From NCBI GenBank assembly GCA_965240325.2, contig OZ251237.1:1612001-1676000 (forward strand): 64,000 nucleotides of DNA, read 5' to 3'. Position 1 is the first letter of the stretch. Each line of letters begins with the position of its first letter. This DNA comes from Rebecca billardiae RCC1528. Lineage: Eukaryota > Protista > Haptophyta. The notes under the pieces were generated by a model. That model was not told the DNA's origin and did not search any database. It saw nothing but the letters and a program-made list of their open reading frames with translations. Of this stretch, positions 43,413 through 53,189 are shown one piece after another. The position numbers and the translations under genes are program-made.

Positions 43413-45170
43413 TCAAAGGGCCAGCGCCGCTTCGCCCGCCAACCGAGGCTCGGCCGCGAGCGAGCAGAGGTCGAGCCACATGTCAGCCGACGTCTCCCGG
43501 CGCCGGCTGAGGGCGTCGGCGAGGCGGTTGCGCGCACCGGGTAGATGGCAGCACCAGAGCGTGATCGCGTGCTCCGCCACCAGCAGCGCGAGGCGCTGCA
43601 GGAGGCCATTGAGCAGCGCAGAGCCCGGCACACGCCACCGGCGCAGCCACCCGAGGGCCACCGTGCTGTCCGTGAAAAGGCGAACGTGGCAGCCCGCCAA
43701 GTACGGCGCCCACTCGATGGCAGCATGGAGGAGCATGTACAGCTCCATGTCTGCGATGTGCCTCAGCTCGCCCGACGCGCGCAGCGACGCCAAGTCCCTG
43801 CGCAGCGCCCAGCCGTTGGAGCAGGCGGCGCCGCCGCCCGCCGCCTCCCAGGCGGCGTCGGTAGCGATCACCGGCGCGCCCACCGCCAGGCCCACCGGGC
43901 GGAACAGCCGCCGCCAGCCGGCACCCCGCTCGAGGAGCGCGGCGAAGAATGCGCACTCGCTGGGCAGCGCGGCGCCGAGCTGGGTCGAGAGACGGCCCTG
44001 CGCAAACGCCGATGGCGTGTGTGCGAGGTCGACGAAGGGGCGAAGGAAGGCCCGGCACGACGGCTGGATCGTAGCCGCCCAGCCGAGGCAGCCAATGAGC
44101 TTCTGCAGCTCACGCTCGGAGGGCCGCGATACCCGCAGCTCGGAGAGGAGCGCGGCGTACCGGGCGCGCTTCTCTGCCGGCAGCGAGACGGCATCGTTGG
44201 CGACGTCGACGTCAAAGCCCAGGACCACGGCACGCTTGGCGGGCGCCACGAGCTTGCCCGGCTTGTCGGCCGGGTCGAGGCCCATGGCGGTCAGCGTGGC
44301 GCACAGCCGCTCGAACGCCGCCTCGAGATCGGCCTTGCGATCGCCCCACCCGAAGAAATCGTCGATGTACGAACCGAGGCTGAACGAGAGGAGGCCGGAC
44401 CAACGCGCGACGAAGGCGTCGCGAACGGCGTCGGACAGGCGCACAAACCAGTAAGGAGAGGATGCGAGACCGAAGGGAAGAGATGTGAAGAAGTAGTAGA
44501 ACCCGCGCCAGAACACGCAGAGCAGGCTGTAGTCCTCCGGACGTACGGCCATCCGCGTGTACGCGCGCGCGATGTCCACCTTGAACACGTAAGAGTCAGG
44601 CGTGAGGGAAGACAGCATGCGGTCGATGCGCTCGAAGGAGAAGGAAGGGGCGTGCACCCGCGGGTTCACGCCCGATGCGGTCATGTCGACGATGAGGCGC
44701 CGATCGGCGCCCCCATCTTTGGGCACCGAGCCCAGCGGGGACACGACCATGTGCGCGCGCGGGAAGGGGCGGTGCTGGAACGGGCCAGCCAAAACGCCGA
44801 GAGAGACGTACTCCGCGATGCGCGCGTCGACAAACTCGGGGAAAGCGCGCGCTGAAGGATGATTGGGACGGAATGCGGCAGAAGGCTGGCCGGCGAAGAG
44901 CACGTCGACGCCGTCGCGCAGCTCGCGCGACAGGTCGACGCCCGCGCCGCCCAGCAGGAACGCAGAAACTTGCTGGAAACGAAGTTGGAGCGCAGTCGGC
45001 GCGACTGGCAGGCTGGCGGCGAGGCCAGCCAGCATGCGCGAGCGCTGGCACATCTCGGCGGCTGTGATCGGCGGGCAGGTCACTGTAGGGGCAGCACCGG
45101 CAGCCCACGACACCGGCAGGTCGAGCGCATCGACGCCGGCGTTCTCGCCACCCGCCGCCGCCGCCGCCTC
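43413..45170 (-). CDS. DIRS-type reverse transcriptase + RNase H
   Basis: SPLGSVPK..RRLIVD, KVDIARAY, LPFGLASSP, YIDDF, LGF; RNase H ATDA, ELY, TDS, HLPGARNRLADALSR. The frame is open up to the gag TAG; first ATG at 45053. Confidence 0.93.
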   Translation of the reverse strand, partial: EAAAAAGGENAGVDALDLPVSWAAGAAPTVTCPPITAAEMCQRSRMLAGLAASLPVAPTALQLRFQQVSAFLLGGAGVDLSRELRDGVDVLFAGQPSAAFRPNHPSARAFPEFVDARIAEYVSLGVLAGPFQHRPFPRAHMVVSPLGSVPKDGGADRRLIVDMTASGVNPRVHAPSFSFERIDRMLSSLTPDSYVFKVDIARAYTRMAVRPEDYSLLCVFWRGFYYFFTSLPFGLASSPYWFVRLSDAVRDAFVARWSGLLSFSLGSYIDDFFGWGDRKADLEAAFERLCATLTAMGLDPADKPGKLVAPAKRAVVLGFDVDVANDAVSLPAEKRARYAALLSELRVSRPSERELQKLIGCLGWAATIQPSCRAFLRPFVDLAHTPSAFAQGRLSTQLGAALPSECAFFAALLERGAGWRRLFRPVGLAVGAPVIATDAAWEAAGGGAACSNGWALRRDLASLRASGELRHIADMELYMLLHAAIEWAPYLAGCHVRLFTDSTVALGWLRRWRVPGSALLNGLLQRLALLVAEHAITLWCCHLPGARNRLADALSRRRETSADMWLDLCSLAAEPRLAGEAALAL

Positions 45171-46979
45171 CTAGATGCGGCCCACCGCCGCCGGCCAGCC
45201 GTCGCCGGACAGCCCCACAGCGTGGGCCCCGGCGAGGTGATCGGGCGACGCGCAAATGGCACACCGCCGCGCGTGGAACTCGTCGAATTCGCCGGGGCCA
45301 AACGGCGCGCCGGGGCGGCGGCCGATCGGGCACGTCGCGACGGTGCAGCGCACGCCAGTGAGCTGGAAGCGCTGGCAGGCGCGCGCCGCGTTCGCCTGCG
45401 CCTTGGTGAGCAGCGGTGCGCCCCCCGCGCCCACAAACTTCTGCAGCGACGGCGGGACGTAGTTGTCAGGCCGCGCGGTGCGCGGCTCGAAGCCCCCACC
45501 GCCGCCGGGTGGGAGCGCCCCGCCCCCGCCCCCCGCCGCTTCGAGCGCCGCGCCGCCGGCCCCACCCAGCTCGGCGGGTGCGAGGCGAGGCCGTTGCGAC
45601 GCCGCCCCCGCGTCGTGATCGCCCACCGGCGCCGACCGCTTCAGCATAGGAGCGGCAGCGACCGCGGCGTTGGCCGCGCGCAGCGATGCCGACACCGCTT
45701 GCGCCGCCGTCAGCTCGGCGTTGAGCGCGCGCGCCTCGGCCGACTCGCTGTCGCGCAGGAAGAGGATCGATGACGCGCGGCCCGAGCGCCGCTCCTCCGC
45801 CGCGGCGGCAACGAACGATTTGTTCACCACCGAGAGGAGGGACTCGGCGGGCATCAGGCCGCGCAGCTGCTCGAGCCACGACGAGAACTCGAGCGCCTCG
45901 GCCCGCATGGCCGGCGACCAATGAGAGGCTGGGGAGGGGTCATCTGGCGAGGCGGCCGGGATAAACGTCGTTGTGAGGCAGCCCAGCAGCGCCTCGAGGG
46001 ACTGGAAGGGCTGGTCCTTCGGCTGCACCCCGCCGAGGAGACGCCCCCCGCGAGAGAACTCGCGAGCGAAGCGCTCCCCCAGGCTTGGAAACGCCTGGAC
46101 CATGTCGCGCAGGTTGTAGCTCGTGCAGAGCTGGCCAGACGAGTCGCGCACCACGAGCGCGCGGGGCGCGTCACGCGCCGGGTCCGCCACCACCCGGCGC
46201 GCCGGGCCGGCCCCCGACGACGCCCCGGCCTGCTCCGTCATCGCCTGCATGAGCGCCGCCACCGACTGGGCCGAGAACCCGAGCCCCGCGGCATGAGCGG
46301 GCAGCGCGGCGGCAGCGGCAGGGCCAGCAGCGCCCCCCGGCGCGCGGTCGGCCGCCGCCGCCGCCGTCCCCGCCGGCAGCGCGGTAAGGCCGGGGGCGAG
46401 CGCGTGCGCCGCGAGGCCTGCAAGCAGCGACGAAGGCGCGGCCGCCGCCGCCGCGCCCGCCGCGTCCAGCGCGACCGAAACCCCGGGAGCAGCAGAAGCA
46501 GCCGCGCCGAGCGTGGGTGCGAGGCTGGGGAGCAGCTGGTCCGAGGAGGGAGGCGGAGGCATCGCCGCCGCGGCCGCCGCTGGGACCGAGGTGGGCGGGC
46601 GGGGCAGCGCGGCCGGGACGGCAGGCGTCGGGGCGAGCAGGGCCGGCGCCGCCGGGGCGAGCCCCGCCGCCCCCGCTGGGACCAACGCGGCGAGCTGGGC
46701 CAGCAACGGCGACAGCTGCGCCAGCTGCGCGGTGAGCTGCGCCGCGACGCCGGCGCTGAGCGGGACCCCCTCCACCGGGGCCGCCGGCGGGACCAGAGCG
46801 GCACTCGCCGCTAGCGGGGCACTCACCGACGGGGCCGCCGGCGCCGCCGACGCGGGCACTGGACCTTGAGCGTCTTGAGCACCGCCGCGCCCCGCGGCCG
46901 GGCCCTGTCGCTCGCGAGAGCGGCCGCCGCGGAGGGCCATCAGGCGCCCCAGCGAGAGCGCAGCCGAAATGCAGATCAT
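45171..46979 (-). CDS. gag-like ORF1 of YR retrotransposon
   Basis: Ala/Pro-rich N-terminus, helical core, C-terminal Cys/His cluster (CQRF..C..C..H..CAIC..H); position upstream of RT. Confidence 0.7.
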   Translation of the reverse strand: MICISAALSLGRLMALRGGRSRERQGPAAGRGGAQDAQGPVPASAAPAAPSVSAPLAASAALVPPAAPVEGVPLSAGVAAQLTAQLAQLSPLLAQLAALVPAGAAGLAPAAPALLAPTPAVPAALPRPPTSVPAAAAAAMPPPPSSDQLLPSLAPTLGAAASAAPGVSVALDAAGAAAAAAPSSLLAGLAAHALAPGLTALPAGTAAAAADRAPGGAAGPAAAAALPAHAAGLGFSAQSVAALMQAMTEQAGASSGAGPARRVVADPARDAPRALVVRDSSGQLCTSYNLRDMVQAFPSLGERFAREFSRGGRLLGGVQPKDQPFQSLEALLGCLTTTFIPAASPDDPSPASHWSPAMRAEALEFSSWLEQLRGLMPAESLLSVVNKSFVAAAAEERRSGRASSILFLRDSESAEARALNAELTAAQAVSASLRAANAAVAAAPMLKRSAPVGDHDAGAASQRPRLAPAELGGAGGAALEAAGGGGGALPPGGGGGFEPRTARPDNYVPPSLQKFVGAGGAPLLTKAQANAARACQRFQLTGVRCTVATCPIGRRPGAPFGPGEFDEFHARRCAICASPDHLAGAHAVGLSGDGWPAAVGRI

Positions 46980-47625
46980 GATGCGAAATCAGTAGCGACG
47001 CCACCGCCCGCACCCGAGGAGGAATAAGCCGACGGCCCGCACGCAGCCGACGAGGGTTGCGCCCGCCCTTCAGCCGAGGTCGCCACCGAGCGGGATACGG
47101 TCGGTCGACCGAAGTGCTGCTGACTGAGCAGCTGGGGCTTTCGGCCCAGGCCCAGCCCCGCCTCGGCTGCCGACAGACGGGCCGGCCGCGGCACCGCATC
47201 GGCGGCGCTCAGAGGTAGAATCTACCGGTTCGGTAGGCGGGTCCGGCTGCTCGTATATAGACCGCCCAGGAATCATACCGCTTCGCTGGGCGCGCACCCG
47301 GCGCCCGGAGCTTGCTGCCCGCCCAGCACGGTCCGATCACTTTGCGGAAGCCCGCGGCTCTGCGCAGCTCGGGGGAGAGTGGTGAGTGGGACCGAGAGTG
47401 ATAAGTGAGGTCAGGTTACTGCCGCCCTGAGCAGGTCAGTCGACAGCGGTTAGCAGCGTTGAGGAGCAGCCGATCATGGCGGCGGGCTGGCCCAGTTATA
47501 CCCCTATAACCGAACGGTTATAGAACATTGGAATCTGCCGATCGCGAAAACCCGCCGAACAAGTTCTGAATGGAAAAGAAAAGAAAATCAAAACTCAATT
47601 TAATCTGATGGACCCCCTACAGACT

Positions 47626-47727
47626 GGTGTGGGCGACGACGGCGGAGCGCGGCTGACGCCGCAGCGCGTGGTGCAGCTGCCGCCCCTGCGCTCTGGGCCG
47701 CGCTGGGCATCATTCGGGCAGATTTGA
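47626..47727 (+). pseudogene. Detached 3' tail of array copy 7
   Basis: GVGDDGGARLTPQRVVQLPPLRSGPRWASFGQI*. Confidence 0.85.
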
Positions 47728-47951
47728 GGCGGTGCGCCTAATTGAGATGCGCGCGTCAAGGGCCCGCCTGCTTCCGCGCGTGGTAGGTATCCGCACCCCG
47801 GTCGATCAGATCTATCATCCTTTGGATCTATGGTAGCCAGAGCCCATGAAAAAGCAGAATTGATCGGGCGAAAAATGTATTCGTCCGCCGCCGGACTGAG
47901 CGCGACCACCCCAAGTCCCCGGAGATTCCTAGAATAGTAGAATCCTTATTG

Positions 47952-49376
47952 ATGGCACCCGCGACACGCGCGCGCGCCAAGGCGCGCTCCGCAGCGGCGG
48001 CCGTGCGGCTCATCGGCCTGCCGCCCGAGCTGGTCGCGCGCGTCCTCGCCCACCTCGGTGGCACACGTGACCTCGCCGCCGCCAACGCCGCCGCGCGCCT
48101 CTTCCGCGGCGCGCCGCTCGAGCACGCGCTGCGCGAGCGCGCGCGCTCGCGCGGGCACGAGGCCGCGCTGCCGACGACCCTGCCCGTTGGCGTGTCCACG
48201 TGGGTGGAGGAGCTGCTCGCGCGCGAGCGCATTCTCGAGCTCGCGCACGCGCACACGCACAGTACAGCCTTCGGCGGATATCATGACAACGCGTTCAGCG
48301 CGTTTGTCGACGCGGACGGCGGCGTGCACACGTGCGGCGCACCGCTGGGCCATCCCGAGCTCAGCAGGGAGGCGCGGGTGCTCGTGCCGACGCGCGTGCG
48401 CTCGCTCGAGGCGGTGCGCGTGCGCGCAATGGCTGCCGGCTACAAGCACCTGCTCGCGCTGAGCGAGGCGGGCGCCGTGTACGCGTGCGGCAGCAACGGC
48501 TTCGGCCAGCTGGGCGTGGGCGACAAGGCTGAGCGACGGGCGTTCGTGCAGGTGGCGGCGCTGGGTGCGGAGCTCATCGTCGGCATCGGCGCTGGCGAGC
48601 ATAACAGCTTTGCGCTGGCGACAGCTGGCGTGGCGTACAGCTGGGGCCGCAACGCCTGGGGCCAGCTCGGCCACGGCGACAGGCAACGACGGCTGGAGCC
48701 GACGCGCATCGAGGCGCTGGACGGCATGCGCGTGGGCGGCGTGGCCACGGGCGCGGGGCACACGCTGCTGCTCTCGGCGTGCGGCGGCGTGTACTCGTGC
48801 GGGGATGGCTATGCCGGCCGCCTCGGCCACGGTGACGAGCAGCAGCAGTGCACACCACGGCGCATCGAAGTGCTCGCGGGCGTGCGCGCCGTGCACGTGA
48901 GCGCGGGCGTGACGCACAGCCTGGTGGTGGACGCAGCGGGCGGCGTGCACTCCTTCGGAGGCGGTTTAGGTGGCGCGCTCGGCCACGGTGACGAGGCGCG
49001 TCGTTTGGTGCCCACGCTCATCGAAGCACTGATGGGCGTGCGGGTCGTGCGCGCCAGCGCGGGCCTGCACAGCAGCGCGGTGGTGTGCACGGACGGCAGC
49101 GTGCACGCGTTTGGGAACAACCACTGTGGCCAGCTGGGGCTGGGGGACCGAATGGCTCGCACGCTGCCCACGCGGGTGGAGGGCCTCGCGCATGCGCGCG
49201 TGCTCGACTGCTCGCTCAGCGACTGCCACGCCCTCTACGTCACGGCGGACGGCGGCGTGCACGCATGTGGCAGACATGCGGGCGCGCTTGGCCTCGGCGC
49301 GGGCAACGATGGCGGAGTGCAGCGGGCGCTGCAGCGCGTGGCGCAGCTGCCGCCCCTGCGCTGTGGGGTGCGCTGA
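47952..49376 (+). CDS. F-box + RCC1-repeat protein, array copy 8
   Basis: Intact ORF from ATG 47952. Confidence 0.9.
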   Translation: MAPATRARAKARSAAAAVRLIGLPPELVARVLAHLGGTRDLAAANAAARLFRGAPLEHALRERARSRGHEAALPTTLPVGVSTWVEELLARERILELAHAHTHSTAFGGYHDNAFSAFVDADGGVHTCGAPLGHPELSREARVLVPTRVRSLEAVRVRAMAAGYKHLLALSEAGAVYACGSNGFGQLGVGDKAERRAFVQVAALGAELIVGIGAGEHNSFALATAGVAYSWGRNAWGQLGHGDRQRRLEPTRIEALDGMRVGGVATGAGHTLLLSACGGVYSCGDGYAGRLGHGDEQQQCTPRRIEVLAGVRAVHVSAGVTHSLVVDAAGGVHSFGGGLGGALGHGDEARRLVPTLIEALMGVRVVRASAGLHSSAVVCTDGSVHAFGNNHCGQLGLGDRMARTLPTRVEGLAHARVLDCSLSDCHALYVTADGGVHACGRHAGALGLGAGNDGGVQRALQRVAQLPPLRCGVR

Positions 49377-49690
49377 GCATCATTCTGGCAGATCGATCTG
49401 AAACGGTACGCGTATTGAGCTGCGCGCGTGGGTTTCGCACGCCGCTGTCGGCTCGAGCCAGCGTTGCGTTTCAAGCACGCACATGACACGACACAACGTC
49501 ATCGCAGAGTGGCCACGCCCACTGTCGATGAGAGACGAGCCCATCAATCATCGTCGTCATCATCCAAGGCTGAAAAAGAATTGATGACAGCGTGCGAAAA
49601 TCGTCGTCATCATCACGTGCTCACGAAAAAACCTGGGGCCAACCGCCTCGGTTCCGAGCGCGAGCGACAGCGGCTGCGCGACCACCCTTG

Positions 49691-51115
49691 ATGGCACCGA
49701 CGACGCGCGCGCGCGCCAAGGCGCGCTCGGCAGCGGCGGCCGTGCGGCTCACCGACCTGCCGCCCGAGCTGGTCGCGCGCGTCCTCGTCCACCTCGGTGG
49801 CACGCGCGACCTCGCCGCCGCCAACGCCGCCGCGCGCCTCTTCCGCGGCGCGCCGCTCGAGCACGCGCTGCGCGAGCGCGCGCGCGCGCGCGGGCACGAG
49901 GCCGCGCTGCCGGCGACCCTGCCCGTTGGTGTGTCCACGTGGGCGGAGGAGCTGCTCATGCGCGAGCGCATTCTCGAGCTCGCACACGAGCACACGCGCA
50001 TTGCAGCCTCCGGTGGATCGTATGACAACGCGTTCAGCGCGTTTGTCGATGCGGCCGGCGGCGTGCACACGTGCGCCGCACCGCTGGGCCATCCCGAGCT
50101 CAGCAGGCAGGCGCGGGTGCTCGTGCCGACGCGCGTGTGCTCGCTCGAGGCGGTGCGCGTGCGTGCAGTGGCTGCCGGCTACAATCACCTGCTCGCGCTG
50201 AGTGAGGCGGGCGCCGTGTACGCGTGCGGCTGCAACGAGTACGGCCAGCTGGGCGTGGGCGACAAGGCTGAGCGACAGGCGTTCGTGCAGGTGGCGGCGC
50301 TGGGTGCGGAGCTCATCGTCGGCATCGGCGCTGGCGAGCATTACAGCTTTGCGCTGGCGACAGCTGGCGTGGCGTACAGCTGGGGCCGCAACGCCTGGGG
50401 CCAGCTCGGCCACGGCGACAGGCAACGACGGCTGGAGCCGACGCGCATCGAGGCGCTGGACGGCGTGCGCGTGGGCGGCGTGGCCACGGGCGCGGGGCAC
50501 ACGCTGCTGCTCTCGGCGTGCGGCGGCGTGTACTCGTGCGGGGATGGCTATGCTGGCCGCATTGGGCACGGTGACGAGCAGCAGCAGTGCACACCACGGC
50601 GCATCGAAGTGCTCGCGGGCGTGCGCGCCGTGCACGTGAGCGCGGGCGTGACGCACAGCCTGGTGGTGGACGCAGCGGGCGGCGTGCACTCCTTCGGAGG
50701 CGGTTTAGGTGGCGCGCTCGGCCACGGTGACCAGGCGCGTCGCTTCGTGCCCACGCGCATCGAAGCACTGATGGGCGTGCGGGTCGTGCGCGCCAGCGCG
50801 GGCCTGCACAGCAGCGCGGTGGTGTGCACGGACGGCAGCGTGCACACGTTTGGGAACAACCGCTTGGGCCAGCTTGGGCTGGGGGACCGAATGGATCGCA
50901 CGCTGCCCGAGCGGGTGGAGGGCCTCGCGCATGCGCGCGTGCTCGACTGCTCGCTCGGTGACGCCCACGCCCTGTACGTGACTGCTGATGTCGGCGTGCA
51001 CGCATGTGGCATGCATTCGGGCGCGCTCGGCCTGGGCGTGGGCAGCGATGGCAGAGTGCAGCCGATGCTTCAGCGCGTGGTGCAGCTGCCCCCCTTGCGC
51101 TGTGGGCTGCGCTGA
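49691..51115 (+). CDS. F-box + RCC1-repeat protein, array copy 9
   Basis: Intact ORF from ATG 49691; upstream gcgcgaccacccttgATG is shared with copy 1. Confidence 0.9.
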   Translation: MAPTTRARAKARSAAAAVRLTDLPPELVARVLVHLGGTRDLAAANAAARLFRGAPLEHALRERARARGHEAALPATLPVGVSTWAEELLMRERILELAHEHTRIAASGGSYDNAFSAFVDAAGGVHTCAAPLGHPELSRQARVLVPTRVCSLEAVRVRAVAAGYNHLLALSEAGAVYACGCNEYGQLGVGDKAERQAFVQVAALGAELIVGIGAGEHYSFALATAGVAYSWGRNAWGQLGHGDRQRRLEPTRIEALDGVRVGGVATGAGHTLLLSACGGVYSCGDGYAGRIGHGDEQQQCTPRRIEVLAGVRAVHVSAGVTHSLVVDAAGGVHSFGGGLGGALGHGDQARRFVPTRIEALMGVRVVRASAGLHSSAVVCTDGSVHTFGNNRLGQLGLGDRMDRTLPERVEGLAHARVLDCSLGDAHALYVTADVGVHACGMHSGALGLGVGSDGRVQPMLQRVVQLPPLRCGLR

Positions 51116-51846
51116 GCAACGGGCCCGTGGCGGGTGCGGTGCTCACGCGCAGGCTTGCGAGTGCGCGGTGCGCGAGTGCTGGCAGTGCTACTCCCGCTCC
51201 GCACGTGCTACCCTCAGTGCTACCCGAGGCCGACGAGGGTAGAAAATAGAGTCTGATGAACCTAATACCTATTGGACGCGACGACTCAATTGGAGATGTG
51301 GCTGATGATCCACCTGGCTGTAATGGTCTGCGGTGCAGGGCGGAGCGCGCAGCGTGGAGCCCGCTTCCGACTCTCCGCGCACTACTGACCCGAGTGACTA
51401 TGATACTGTAACTGGTCGCCACGTTATATTTCGTCAAAAAGATCTAGCTGCTTTGATCATCATATGATATATATATAGAAAAACTAGCAGAAAAAATAAT
51501 AATGGTCGGACGGGGTCAGACTCAGACGATTTTCAGCAGGGCGACTGGAGGAGACTCTCCGCCAGGATTACCGAATTTCGAATTTTGAGCAGACCCTGCT
51601 CGTCTTTATAATAATAGCATATATGCATGCATTATTAGGCACGAAATCGGAAATGGGCACGTCCGGCTTGTTTGTATTCAGAGGAATCAACGAAACACAC
51701 GCGCCCAAGTGTCCGACTCCGAGAGCAGACGACCGAGACTACTGATGGGTATAATTGTGGGTGCGGGGGCGGGCAGGGGGGATGGACCAGGGCCCGCGGA
51801 GCCGGAGCCGACTTCGTCGGCAATAATAATATATTTAGTCAATGTA

Positions 51847-52799
51847 TAGGCTCCGGTCACTGTCCGGGACGTCCAGCAGGGGTGCATTCAGACTCTCTGG
51901 GGGGGTCGGGGGGGGGACTCCCCCCAGCCGATCGAAGGACCAAATACGCCTCAATAAGGCCCCAACTCGCCAGAATTCGCATAGCAGACCGTGTTCGCTG
52001 GTGTTGGCTGAGGGCTGCGTCATGCGGCGTCGGCTCTGCGCCGGGCGGCCATGACGCATTACACACAGCCCCGATATCGGCGCCTCCCTCGCGAGTCAAG
52101 ACGTAGCGCAGTGCAGGATCGAGCAACGCATTGACCGCTGCGGCGCACCGCGCAGGCCACGCCGCACCTCAGCACTCGCGAACAAGCTCTGAGCCAGCCA
52201 GCTGTGGCAGTCCTCTGAGGAGCTGCAGCCAAGCACGAGCTCGTGCGCATACCCGTGGCACCACGAGCTGACGGCGCGGCCCGGGGCGCGAGCAGCTAGA
52301 AGCCGACAAGCTCATGCGCACGCCCGCACCGCCGCGAGGTGTGGCCGCCGGCGCGAGCAGCTCGACGCGGATAGCGCGCAGCTTGCTCGAGTCGACGAGC
52401 AGCTTCTCGCCCATCGGTGACTCTCAGTGCACGAAGGTGCACCCGGGGCGCGAGCGCGACAGGGTGCCGCGGCCAACCAGGGGATGCGCCCGGATCAAGG
52501 CCTCCAAGGCGTCTCGTCTCCTCGCCCGCTCGGCGGAGCTCCATCGTGCGAGAGACCGGTCCGGGAGCCCCAAAAAAAGTTCAGCACGATGGAGTCCTCC
52601 GTGTTCGACTGTGACGACGCGTTCAAGGACAAAGAAACATACGAAATCGTCTGCGGCTTCGGTTTTGAACCTGCGGCTTCGTCCGCCGCCCCGGAGATCT
52701 TTCGATTGGTACCCTCATCGCTCCCTGGCTCCCAGGGGTTCGTCTAAATGCACCCCCCCCATAGGGTCAGTGGACGTCCCTGACTGTGGCTGGAGCCTG
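51847..52799. mobile_element. Degenerate MITE-like element with imperfect ~50-bp TIRs flanked by TA
   Basis: taggctccggtcactgtccgggacgtcca..ggggtgcattcagac versus gtctaaatgcacccc..tggacgtccctgactgtggctggagcctg. Confidence 0.55.
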
Positions 52800-53189
52800 T
52801 AACGCGTCGCAGCATCATCAGCAGGGTTCCGGCGGGAGCCGGCCCGGGCACAGAGCACCTAAGCCGCCGAACTCCGTAAGCCGCCGCCGCGCGGGCCACA
52901 TGCAGGCTGCACTACACGCGGACCCGAGGCGGCGTGACTGTGAGGCCGGCCCGTCCGCCCGCGCCAACTATCGGACACGCGAAGCAAGCCCGGCAGCGGC
53001 ACTCGGCAGCCCGCGCACGGCACGGGCGGAGCGGGAGGCTCAACGCCCAATAGGCCACGTGCGCGCGCGCGCTTGACGATCGAGCCGCGGCGCAGTGCAC
53101 CGAGACGCGCGTGGAGCGCGGGCTGGCTCCTTCGCTGTGAGCGGCAGCTGGCCAGTGGCGGTGGCACAGGCACTGGGCGTCCGCTCGCT

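Larger units (their letters stand above)
41403..47527 (-). mobile_element. Tyrosine-recombinase retrotransposon (DIRS/Ngaro/PAT-like)
   Basis: Removing it regenerates gcgcggatttggaat as in copy 1 (~30446), with no TSD; ORF order gag, RT/RH, YR. Confidence 0.92.
39099..47620. mobile_element. TIR element copy 2 (~2.4 kb plus nested YR retrotransposon)
   Basis: Same termini and internal homology as 18741-30546. Confidence 0.87.
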
